A stretch of 64,000 nt of DNA. Origin: Candidatus Obscuribacteraceae bacterium. GTDB taxonomy: Bacteria; Cyanobacteriota; Vampirovibrionia; Obscuribacterales; Obscuribacteraceae. Location of the stretch: contig JBGASG010000008.1 in NCBI GenBank assembly GCA_044229845.1, positions 64,001 to 128,000 of the forward strand. Reading direction: 5' to 3'. Each line of letters starts with the position of its first letter. Position 1 is the first letter of the stretch. The notes below the pieces were generated by a model, which was not told the DNA's origin, ran no database searches, and was given only the letters and a program-made list of their open reading frames with translations. Shown in pieces: positions 36,089-44,912 of the stretch. The position numbers and the translations under genes were made by a program.

Positions 36089-38914
36089 GTGACGCAAGGC
36101 ACATTCGCCAAACGGCCATCGGAAAATTCATCGCTAAATGGTAAAAATGTTCCTCCGACCTTGGGGACGAGGTTGAAGCGCCTGGTCAGGGATGTCTCAG
36201 GTGGAGCCAGGCGCTTCTTCCCTCAAATCGCTGATGGCGCCACTGCCGGCAGTGCCGTATGTCCGGCGCAGGAACCGTCCGTTTCTCACCAATCGTTGGT
36301 CTCGCCCGGCTGGCCGACACCGGCCGAAACGCTGCAGCCGGTGCCTCCGCAGCAGGCATCCGGCCGGCAGCAGTCGTCCGAGTCGTCGCACCACGCCTCC
36401 GGTTCGCCCCCTACCGACTCCGAGAGGTTCAACTCGTGGGCCGATGTCTGTTTCTTGCACGCCCTGCCCGGCGGCGATGAGGATCAAGAAGCAATTGCCG
36501 TTCTGCGCGACGGTTCACTGAGACGTTTCATTTCCTGCAAAGGTATAAATGCACTACTCTCCGATCACCACGACCAGGAGTTTTTGGCACGCCAGTTCGC
36601 CAACCTGGCGAACATAGCCGACTGCGACATGCAAATCATCGTCACGTCGCGCAACCTGCCGGTCGAAGAATACCTGAGCAAATACCAGCAACTGATCAAA
36701 ACCGACGACACGTACCTCAAATGGTATTCATCGTATACAGACACGTGGTTCCGGCTTATGCAGGAAGTTTCGTTCGTGCCTCAGCGCGAGTTCTACGTGA
36801 TCGTTTCGTACACACCGCCCGATGCTCTGGCAGGCTCTCAGTGGAAGAAACGCAGCAAAGCTCAGCATGAGGAATTCGTCGCGCGTCTCGACCGCATCAC
36901 CAAAACTGTCGGCGAGCAATTGCGTCAGTCGGGACTTCGTCCTTCCATCATGTCGATACGCGAGGTGCGGCAACTCATTTATCACCACCTCAATCCCAAT
37001 TTGAGTAAGCGCGATCCGGTACCACCGCCGCGCTCGGCACACAACAGCGAAGCGTCGTCGCTAGCGCGCTCCGCCCTGTCTATCAACTGGAACCACATCA
37101 AGCTCGACAACTCGTATATCGGCTCACTCTACATGGCGGAACCACCTCATGAAACATGGTTTGGATGGATGTCTGATCTGCTCACGCTTGGCGTGGAATA
37201 CACACTGTCAATCTTTATCCATAAGTGCGATCAGGAGCAGGTTAGAAAACAACTTGCGCACAAGCACCGGGTCAGCTACGCCTGCAATGCCGGACTCTTT
37301 GTACCAGACGTTGAGGGACTTGAAGCCACCCACACCGCTGCGACAGCAATTCAGGAATTCCTGCGCTCGTCAAATAAAGCTTTCGATGTAAGCATGTACA
37401 TACGCACGCATGCGTCATCGCTGCAGCAGCTGCGCTCGAACGCGGATGAAATTCGGCGCGTCTTCAACAATCGCGGCGCCCGCATGGAAATTGCGGACGG
37501 TATGCAATTCGCCACCTGGCAGGCAACGCTGCCGGTGGGCGTTGATACCATCGCCATTACTCATCGCCTCATGTCCCCGATTGTGGGCACCATGTGGCCC
37601 TTCTTCACCGCCAGTTGCGGCACACCGGACGGAGTGCCGTTCGGCTTTGCCCTGGCATCGCGCGAGCCGGTGCTGCTCAATCCGTTTTTCCGCGGCTCGG
37701 GCAAGGACGCCAATAATATGTTTGTGGTCGGGACGACGGGCGCCGGCAAGTCGTTCGCCATGTCGATGCTGATGCTGCGCCTGCTCCCCATGGGCATGAA
37801 ATTTGTTTTGATCGACAAGACCATCGATAAGAATGGGTCATACAGATTTATCACCGATTTGCTGGGACCGGAGATGTGCGCTTACATCGACCTGGGACCC
37901 AGTTGCGGTCAGGTGATCAATCCCTTCGATCTGGGACCGGATGACAAAATCGGCGCACCATCAGCCAGCAAGCTGGAGTTCTTGCTGATGCTGCTGGACA
38001 TTATGTTAGCGCCGCAAGACCAAGAAGAAATGAATGTCGAAGACAAGGCTTTACTGGACGAGCTGCTGCGCGAAGCCTATCGCGAAGCAGGGACGCGCGA
38101 CACGATTCCGACTATGACCGACTTGATGCGCGTCACAGAAGCGGCGGCGAAGGCAGATTCGGAACCTGCACAGAGAGACCGTTATCTCTGCCTTTCGCGC
38201 GCCCTCAAATTGTTCACCAACGGCAGTTCGTATGGTGGCTTTATCGACGGCATGACCAACGTAGACACCGACAAGATGTTCATCGTGTTTGACACGCGCG
38301 AGGTGAATGACCCGCGCCTGGAACGCATGGCAGCGTTCTTGCTGGCGGAATTCGTGCGCCGCAAAGCGCAGGAAAACAAGGCCCGCAAAATCAAGTTTGC
38401 GGCGATCATTGATGAGGCGGCGACGCTGATGCGGTTTAAGGCTGGTGCCAGGTTGCTGGATGATCTGTCCCGGCGCGGGCGTCAATACGGGATGATGCTG
38501 GTGACGATTACACAGCAGTTGAAGGACTTTTTCCGGCAGGCGGAGATTGCCGACAGCGTGGTGAAGAATGCGCATATGAAGATATTGCTTCGTCAGGATG
38601 CGAGCGACTTGCAATTGTTGCGCGACGTTTTGCGATTGAACGACCCAGAGATTGCCGCCATCGCGAACTTTTCGCGCGACGAAGAAAAGCGCAAGGACAG
38701 CCAGTGTCTATTGATAGTTGGCGGTGTGAGGGGCACGTTGCGCTTGATTCCGTCACCGATGGATTATTGGGTGTGCACGTCCGAACCAATCAACGACATT
38801 CCGAAACGCAAAGAAATCATCGTCGAGTTGCGCGAACAATTTCCGGAGATGGATGAGTTGTCCCTGGTGCGGCGCGCCGTCTACGAACTCGGCATGCGCA
38901 CCGCCAATCAGTAA
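36089..38914 (+). CDS. VirB4/TrsE-like type IV secretion ATPase
   Basis: NMFVVGTTGAGKS (Walker A), INPFD, IIDEAA (Walker B), RRGRQYG, ITQQ, VVKNA; GTG start after GGGAGG. Confidence 0.85.
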   Translation: MTQGTFAKRPSENSSLNGKNVPPTLGTRLKRLVRDVSGGARRFFPQIADGATAGSAVCPAQEPSVSHQSLVSPGWPTPAETLQPVPPQQASGRQQSSESSHHASGSPPTDSERFNSWADVCFLHALPGGDEDQEAIAVLRDGSLRRFISCKGINALLSDHHDQEFLARQFANLANIADCDMQIIVTSRNLPVEEYLSKYQQLIKTDDTYLKWYSSYTDTWFRLMQEVSFVPQREFYVIVSYTPPDALAGSQWKKRSKAQHEEFVARLDRITKTVGEQLRQSGLRPSIMSIREVRQLIYHHLNPNLSKRDPVPPPRSAHNSEASSLARSALSINWNHIKLDNSYIGSLYMAEPPHETWFGWMSDLLTLGVEYTLSIFIHKCDQEQVRKQLAHKHRVSYACNAGLFVPDVEGLEATHTAATAIQEFLRSSNKAFDVSMYIRTHASSLQQLRSNADEIRRVFNNRGARMEIADGMQFATWQATLPVGVDTIAITHRLMSPIVGTMWPFFTASCGTPDGVPFGFALASREPVLLNPFFRGSGKDANNMFVVGTTGAGKSFAMSMLMLRLLPMGMKFVLIDKTIDKNGSYRFITDLLGPEMCAYIDLGPSCGQVINPFDLGPDDKIGAPSASKLEFLLMLLDIMLAPQDQEEMNVEDKALLDELLREAYREAGTRDTIPTMTDLMRVTEAAAKADSEPAQRDRYLCLSRALKLFTNGSSYGGFIDGMTNVDTDKMFIVFDTREVNDPRLERMAAFLLAEFVRRKAQENKARKIKFAAIIDEAATLMRFKAGARLLDDLSRRGRQYGMMLVTITQQLKDFFRQAEIADSVVKNAHMKILLRQDASDLQLLRDVLRLNDPEIAAIANFSRDEEKRKDSQCLLIVGGVRGTLRLIPSPMDYWVCTSEPINDIPKRKEIIVELREQFPEMDELSLVRRAVYELGMRTANQ

Positions 38915-39000
38915 TTCGATCAAGCAGCTCCGCGACGGACGGCGAATATCAGTGCGCGAATACTTGCGCGCGCTCTGCATGCATGTCTCCTGACGACCGG

Positions 39001-39013
39001 GTGATTTAATCAC
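39001..39013. promoter_or_regulatory. Palindrome, possible operator upstream of the PLD-HTH gene
   Basis: GTGATT-T-AATCAC just upstream of a TTGAAC -35-like hexamer. Confidence 0.3.
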
Positions 39014-39124
39014 TTGGCTTGAACTTTTTCGCGGGTCGCAACGTACTAGTGAACAGACCTAAGTAGTCCGTCTTTCACATCACCCGCTGCTGGCATTCAC
39101 CAGCGGTTAAAGAGGCTCGTCTTT

Positions 39125-39922
39125 ATGACTATGAGAATCGATCACAACTTGATCAATTGGAATGCGCCGCTCGACGATATCCGCGACCACACGGAATTCG
39201 ATGCTGTTTTCACTCAAGATCTTTTGAATGCGAGGTTTAGTGTTCAGGCAAAGAGCCCATTCATCGGGCTGCCTCGCCTTCAGCGGCTAGGGGAGCCACT
39301 GCTTGGTTTGCCAGAACGCGGAGTCCGCTTGTGCATTTTCATTCGCGTTCCCGATGCTTGGGAAGTTCGCAACTCAATCAACACAATCGATGCAGCTAAG
39401 GCCAGAAGGATAGAAGATGCGATCAACCTGCTAGAAGCTGCTGGCGCTCACATCAATCTTATCCAGGGAATTCATCAAAAAGTCTGTGTCATGGATGGCT
39501 GCGTTGTGTACCGCGGCAGCCTCAATATCTTGAGTTTCTACAACAGTGAGGAAGAGATGATGCGCAAGGTCAACGCAAAAGAAGCACTACAGGCAATGAC
39601 TTACAGCGGTATCGATAGATGCTTTTGCGCCGGTCCACCCGCCGTAGAGTTGCTTGCAAATCCAGACATCATCGGACAGCAGTTGCTTCGGATTCGCGAA
39701 AGTCTAAATCTGACACAAGAACAGGTGTGTGAAACTCTCAACAAAATTGACCCTTCGCTATTGAGTAGGATCGAAAGCCAAAAACGGGAGCCGTCGTTCA
39801 GGCAAGTTGCGCAAATTGGTGAAGCTCTTGGTCGCGGAGTAGGTCTGCTCCTTCCCAGCCAAATTCATTATCTCGACCAAATCGAATGCGTGATGCGAGA
39901 AAATGCAACACGCTCACGATAG
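39125..39922 (+). CDS. PLD (HKD) nuclease-like domain fused to C-terminal XRE-family HTH
   Basis: SPFI, HQKVCVMD (HxKxxxxD), GSLNILS; C-terminal IRESLNLTQEQV..LSRIESQKREPS. Confidence 0.78.
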   Translation: MTMRIDHNLINWNAPLDDIRDHTEFDAVFTQDLLNARFSVQAKSPFIGLPRLQRLGEPLLGLPERGVRLCIFIRVPDAWEVRNSINTIDAAKARRIEDAINLLEAAGAHINLIQGIHQKVCVMDGCVVYRGSLNILSFYNSEEEMMRKVNAKEALQAMTYSGIDRCFCAGPPAVELLANPDIIGQQLLRIRESLNLTQEQVCETLNKIDPSLLSRIESQKREPSFRQVAQIGEALGRGVGLLLPSQIHYLDQIECVMRENATRSR

Positions 39923-39964
39923 GAGTTGACTTGCTCAGATGAACCCTTGGATCGGAGCTGGGTT

Positions 39965-40101
39965 TTTGTCAAGTTTTTCGGCAGTTTGGTTGACAAATCA
40001 GTGTTCCAGACTCGATTTTGTCAAGTTTTCCGGCGGTTTGGTTGACAAATTCGTGCGCATGCATCAGTTTTGTCAACTTATCCAGCACGTTTGTTGACAA
40101 A
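39965..40101. repeat. Three palindromic TTTGTCAA-N17-TTGACAAA units at 52-bp period with 19-nt unique linkers
   Basis: Units at 39965-39997, 40017-40049, 40069-40101; flanking 8-mers identical in all three. Confidence 0.92.
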
Positions 40102-40257
40102 CGAGTCGAACGGCTCTGTGAACAGCGAGCCTTTCGCTTCGCATCACCCTGCGGAGAATTTTCCGAGAACATTTGTACGACATGGGCTAGGAACTTGCTC
40201 ACTTGATCGTCGTCACCCTCAACGACGTTAGATCTAACTGGAGGCCGTGAGTCAATA

Positions 40258-40875
40258 ATGCCCGAAGGAAAGAAATCCTCTACTACGAAGAAGTCGGCGA
40301 GCAGCGCGAAGAAAGCAAGTTCTGCTCGAAAGCCGACGAAGAAATCTGCGGCATCAAAACCAGCTGCCGCAAGGAAGAAACCAGCCGCGAAGAAACCGGC
40401 CGCCACTAAAAAATCGGCCGCCAAGTCTACCGCCGCCAAAAAGCCGGCTGCGAAGAAAGGAGCATCGCCGCGTAAGAGTGTGACCGCAACGAAGAAATCA
40501 ACCGCGATGGCGACGAAGAAGGGCGCCGCGGCGAAGAAGGGTGCAACCGCGAAGAAACCTTCTGCCAAGAAGGCACCAGCCAAGAAAGGCGCTGCCACTA
40601 AATCTGCGCCGAAGAAGTCGGCTGCGAAATCTACTGCGAAAAAATCCGCGCCGAGGAAAGCGGCGACCGGCTCCACAAAAGCCAAAGGCGCGACAAAACG
40701 GAAGACCAGCGGCACACGCAAGTCGGCTCCTAAAGGACCGATCGAAACCGTGAAGGCAGTGCTCAGCACTATCGTCGAAAACATCACCGGCGGCGAAAGC
40801 ACCAATTCCAATAGCGAAGGCGAAGCGAAAAACGCCGAATCCGAGGAAAAGGCAACCGACCATCAAGGTCAGTAG
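40258..40875 (+). CDS. Histone H1-like Lys/Ala-rich protein
   Basis: AAKKP/KKSAA low-complexity repeats; GGAGG upstream. Confidence 0.8.
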   Translation: MPEGKKSSTTKKSASSAKKASSARKPTKKSAASKPAAARKKPAAKKPAATKKSAAKSTAAKKPAAKKGASPRKSVTATKKSTAMATKKGAAAKKGATAKKPSAKKAPAKKGAATKSAPKKSAAKSTAKKSAPRKAATGSTKAKGATKRKTSGTRKSAPKGPIETVKAVLSTIVENITGGESTNSNSEGEAKNAESEEKATDHQGQ

Positions 40876-40902
40876 GAGCGCAACGCGGACGATTAAGCAA
40901 AA

Positions 40903-40930
40903 AGAAACCGCCCCGAACGGGGCGGTTTCT
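40903..40930. terminator. Hairpin terminator between convergent genes (probably bidirectional)
   Basis: AGAAACCGCCCC-GAAC-GGGGCGGTTTCT, preceded by an A-run. Confidence 0.85.
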
Positions 40931-40952
40931 CGCATTCTCTATTACATTCGAC

Positions 40953-41738
40953 CTAGTCGCGGCTGCGCAGTTTGGCGAGCAGGCGCAAGATTTCCAGATA
41001 CAACCAGACCAGGGTCACCAGGAGTCCGAACCCGGCGTACCACTCCATATATTTGGGAGCGCGCATTGCGGCGCCTGTCTCGATGAAGTCGAAGTCGAGC
41101 ACCAGATTAAGCGCGGCAATCACAACTACAAAAAGGCTGAAGCCGATGCCAATGGGTCCACTGCTGTGGATGAACGGCACCGTGACATGGAAGAATCCAA
41201 GCACTATGCTCACCAGATAAACCAGGGCTATGCCGCCGGTAGCGGCCACAATGCCGAGTTTAAAGTTTTCGGTCGGCTTGATGACACGAGTCACATAGGC
41301 GGTGAGCAACGTTCCGAACACACCGATGGTGAGGGCGACTGCCTGGATAACAATGAATTTGTATTCGGCGTCGAAAGCACCCGAAATACCGCCCAGGAAT
41401 AGACCTTCGCAAATTGCGTAAAGCGGCGCCGTGATGGGCGAGGCTTTCTTGTTGAAAATGGTTACCAACGCCACAACAAATCCGGCGATGGCGCCGCCGA
41501 TCATCAAAAGACCAGCCAGAGCGCTGCCGGTCGCGACCAGATGCCAGGTCACTCCCGCCGCGGCCAGCAAAAGCGCCAAAAGAACGAACGACTTTGCGAC
41601 CGTCCCGTCCAACGTCATCGCGTCGCCGGAAACGATAGCGCTGCCGCCTTGCATCGGCGAAACGCCGCCGCCGCCGTCTTCTATCGCATCGCGGAACGTC
41701 TTGTCATTGAGAGCAGGATTGCCTGTACGGAAAGCCAT
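40953..41738 (-). CDS. Bax inhibitor-1/YccA family membrane protein
   Basis: Multiple TMs; NPAL, LVLDFDFIE, APKYMEWYAGFGLLVTLVWLYLEILRLL. Confidence 0.9.
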   Translation of the reverse strand: MAFRTGNPALNDKTFRDAIEDGGGGVSPMQGGSAIVSGDAMTLDGTVAKSFVLLALLLAAAGVTWHLVATGSALAGLLMIGGAIAGFVVALVTIFNKKASPITAPLYAICEGLFLGGISGAFDAEYKFIVIQAVALTIGVFGTLLTAYVTRVIKPTENFKLGIVAATGGIALVYLVSIVLGFFHVTVPFIHSSGPIGIGFSLFVVVIAALNLVLDFDFIETGAAMRAPKYMEWYAGFGLLVTLVWLYLEILRLLAKLRSRD

Positions 41739-41936
41739 GGTTATTACCTCGACTTAAACTGGTGATTTGAGTATAGCAAGGAAATCTCCAATTTAACGCT
41801 CTGTTTATATTTCAGCGATTTCCAACCGACCTCGCCACCATATTCGGTGTCGTGGCAAAAGCAGAACGGGAACTCTCAGCAGCAAATCGAATTCATTTCT
41901 GGTAGAAACATAGAGGATGCGATTGGAGGGCGACAC

Positions 41937-42188
41937 ATGCGCGGCTTTTGGGGACTTTTGATAGGTAGTGTCGCTGGATTTGTCGTGGGTCAGCTGTATG
42001 CGCCCAAATCCGGCAGAGAATTGCGCCGCGAATTAATGGATGCAACCGACGAAGTCTATCGACGCGTCGCGTTCGAAATCGAAGACATTCGCACCAGCCC
42101 TGGCGGCGTTGCTGGCTTCATCGAAAGACTGACCGCAGCGGATGAGCCACGCAAGCTCGTCGATATGGAATCGGCAGCCAACCAATAA
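41937..42188 (+). CDS. YtxH-domain protein
   Basis: GLLIGSVAGFVVGQLYAPKSGRELR; ATG 41937 after GGAGG. Confidence 0.85.
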   Translation: MRGFWGLLIGSVAGFVVGQLYAPKSGRELRRELMDATDEVYRRVAFEIEDIRTSPGGVAGFIERLTAADEPRKLVDMESAANQ

Positions 42189-42206
42189 GGTGGGCAACGA
42201 AATAGG

Positions 42207-43637
42207 TCAGGCGGTTACTTTGTGCACTTCGCGGGTTTCGCGGACGCGCTCGCGCACACCCTCGCCCGCCAGCATACCGCTGGTCGCCGCTTGTCCCACA
42301 CCACGCGTCCAACTACTCGAGTCGCCGATGATATAAAGGTTGGCGACGTTTGTTTCCATATTTTTGGAGACTGTAATCGAATCCGGATAGCTCTTGCATT
42401 CAGGTGCGTACAGCAGAGTCGACTCGTGCGCCACGCCCGGACAAATCTTGTCGAGCGCATCGAGGTATTCGATGATGCCCTCGAGAATGCGATGCGGATA
42501 CGCCAGCGAAATATCGCCGGGTTCAGCTTCGAGGGTCGGCTTGATCAAATTGTTGGCGAGCGATTTCGTGCGCCGTCCCGCCTTCAGATCACCGAGCCTC
42601 TGAATCAGCGGACCGCCTCCCGCCAACATGTTGACGATCTTGGCGATGTTCTGCGAATACATTTGCGGATTCTTGAAGGGTCGAGTAAACGTCTTCGACA
42701 CCAGCACCGCGAAGTTGTTGTTTTCGGACTTCTCGAACATCTTGGAGTGCCCGTTCACCAGCACGTATTCGCGGTGGTTTTCGGGCGTGACGAAACCCTT
42801 CGGGTTCGAGCAGAAATTGCGCACCACATCGTTGTGGCGACGGCTGCGGTAGTACAGCTTTGGCTCGTAAAAACGTTTGTCCACTTCTTCGGTGAAGTAG
42901 CTGCTGGTTTCCACGCGCACGCCGATATCGACTTGCCCGGGTTGCGTATCCAGCGTCTTGTAGAACTCTTGCTGCGTCAGCCAGTTGGCACCACCGCGCC
43001 CGACAGACAGGATGCAGATGTCGAAAACTTCTTCCTCTTCGACTCCGGGCTTGCGGTAGTGATCGTGCTTGATGACGAACTTGTCACCACGACGCGACAC
43101 CGACATGACCTTGGTGTCCCAGTGGAAATTGATATTCGGGCCAGCTTCTTTTATCTCACTGAGAATACTGGTGTTAATCGCAGGCGCATTGTCCGAGCCG
43201 CAATGCAGCAGTTCTTGGAAGTGATAGACCATACCGGCCATGGTGGCACGTTTCTTGATCCACTCGAGGTCATCCTCATCCGGCTTGACCACCGGAATCT
43301 CAACGGGCGAATGCTGCAGAATCATGCCTTTCAACTTATCGAGGCGCTTCTGCAACTCAGCCTCGCCAATCAAGTCATACAAGCGTCCGCCGATCACGGG
43401 CGACGCCGAGAGAATTACTTTGAAGTCGTTCCAACTGCCGGCTGATTGACCTGGTGCGCAATAGCTGCAGGCTTTCGGCGGACAAACTTCCAGTTTGCCT
43501 TGATCAATCGGGCACGCATATCTTTTTTCGTAGGTGGGTCCGACGTCGAATACGTGTACTTCAACGTTCGCTCCGGCCAATTCCTTTAAACAGAATAGTC
43601 CTGAAGCTCCGAGACCTACGAGTGCAAGCTTTTTCAA
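42207..43637 (-). CDS. FAD/NAD(P)-dependent oxidoreductase (uncharacterised FAD-dependent dehydrogenase family)
   Basis: VGLGASG dinucleotide-binding motif, DIGVRVE, FCSNPKG, VNGHS, IGDSSSWTRG. Confidence 0.82.
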   Translation of the reverse strand: MKKLALVGLGASGLFCLKELAGANVEVHVFDVGPTYEKRYACPIDQGKLEVCPPKACSYCAPGQSAGSWNDFKVILSASPVIGGRLYDLIGEAELQKRLDKLKGMILQHSPVEIPVVKPDEDDLEWIKKRATMAGMVYHFQELLHCGSDNAPAINTSILSEIKEAGPNINFHWDTKVMSVSRRGDKFVIKHDHYRKPGVEEEEVFDICILSVGRGGANWLTQQEFYKTLDTQPGQVDIGVRVETSSYFTEEVDKRFYEPKLYYRSRRHNDVVRNFCSNPKGFVTPENHREYVLVNGHSKMFEKSENNNFAVLVSKTFTRPFKNPQMYSQNIAKIVNMLAGGGPLIQRLGDLKAGRRTKSLANNLIKPTLEAEPGDISLAYPHRILEGIIEYLDALDKICPGVAHESTLLYAPECKSYPDSITVSKNMETNVANLYIIGDSSSWTRGVGQAATSGMLAGEGVRERVRETREVHKVTA

Positions 43638-43784
43638 ACCACACCTTCAATGGGACTTTGCGCAATCAACAGTTACCCGCGCAAGCCCAACGTTCAATTT
43701 TACCACTTCCAGCAGTTGCAAAGACCGAAAAATCGCTAATCTTGGGCATATAACGCATGTTCTTGGCAAGGCGGTCAATCATCC

Positions 43785-44912
43785 ATGCCGAATCATCCGC
43801 AATCCAAAACACCCGAATACCAGTTCAACGACGGCAAGCTCTACGTCATGACCCGCAACGGGTTGGTCACTTACGACGGGCGCAGCGCAACAATATCTGA
43901 CGCTTTCAGTCCCAAGACCCTGCTGATTCTGGGTGTCGTCATCGGTTACATTCCGTTGCTCGTTTGTCTGAATATCGCGGCCTCGATTATCGAAAGCCGC
44001 GGAGGAATGTTCGACCTCATCTTCCTGGGGTTCATGACGCTGCTCTTCGCCGGCGGCGCCGCTCGTTTTGCCCGAACCGGGCGCCAGGTCTTGCAGACGG
44101 TTTCCTCCGCCGATCTGCCGCCCAGTGCAGACTTGAACGACCCGGCATACAAAGCTCATCTGCATGCCATATACCAGCGCGAGTCGCGCAAAAGCGCCAA
44201 TCTACCGGTGGGCATGTCGTGGATCCGCAAGCTGGTCGGCTGGCTGGTGCTCCTCGCCTTCGGAGGCATGGCTCTGGCAGGGCTGGCTTTCAGCGTCATG
44301 CATGTGATGAACGCGGTGGAAAAAGCGAAGGTCCGCGAAGAGCGCCGAGCAGAGAAGAAACTCGACCCGGCGACGCGAGAGAAGCACCTGGCGAAACTGG
44401 CGAAAGTCCCGGACCGCCCCGAGACTGCCGAGAAACGTGCCGACATCATGGAAGACCTGGGAGCAGTCAGCGTTGAGCAGGGCAATACTTCATCCGGTGC
44501 CCGGTACTACCAGGCGGCGCTGGACCTGCGCTTCGGAGAGATGGACACGATCGCCACTTCCAAAGACTTCGAAAATCTGGTCACCAAACTCGGTCACAAT
44601 GCCATCTGGCTCGTCGAAGCGCAGGTAGCGCTCGATCCGAAGACCAATTTGACGCCCCTGGAAAAACAGCTTCTGGACTCGGTGGCCGGCGGCAGTCACC
44701 GTCTCAATCTCAAGACTTACAACGAGCAGCGCGGGCTGGTGCGCCAGATCTCCAAGACTCTCAAGCGACGCGATTACAAAGACCTGACGGCATATACGCA
44801 CGATCGCATCGCGGTGCTCAATAATGCCTCGGAGGGCGAACGCCGAGCGGGACTGGAAAGCCTGCTGCACGAACTGTTCCAGACAATCGTCCAGTCAAGA
44901 AACGGCGCCTAG
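43785..44912 (+). CDS. Hypothetical membrane protein (3 TM plus helical C-terminus)
   Basis: Long ORF with three hydrophobic segments. Confidence 0.7.
   Translation: MPNHPQSKTPEYQFNDGKLYVMTRNGLVTYDGRSATISDAFSPKTLLILGVVIGYIPLLVCLNIAASIIESRGGMFDLIFLGFMTLLFAGGAARFARTGRQVLQTVSSADLPPSADLNDPAYKAHLHAIYQRESRKSANLPVGMSWIRKLVGWLVLLAFGGMALAGLAFSVMHVMNAVEKAKVREERRAEKKLDPATREKHLAKLAKVPDRPETAEKRADIMEDLGAVSVEQGNTSSGARYYQAALDLRFGEMDTIATSKDFENLVTKLGHNAIWLVEAQVALDPKTNLTPLEKQLLDSVAGGSHRLNLKTYNEQRGLVRQISKTLKRRDYKDLTAYTHDRIAVLNNASEGERRAGLESLLHELFQTIVQSRNGA

Noticed and set aside
39965..40101. Calling the 52-bp array a CRISPR array
   Set aside because: Only three units, 19-nt linkers are too short, repeat interiors vary, and there are no cas genes in the window.
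39969..40811. 280-aa hydrophobic ORF on the minus strand
   Set aside because: Antisense shadow of the Lys/Ala-rich H1-like gene (AAG/AAA codons read as Leu/Phe).
41863..41872. 10-nt match (AGAACGGGAA) to the first 10 nt of the predicted omega-RNA guide, in the intergenic region upstream of the YtxH gene
   Set aside because: Chance expectation is about 128000/4^10, roughly 0.12 per window; the match stops at 10 nt and the adjacent bases are not a TAM I recognise. Worth revisiting only if a TldR-like protein is found.
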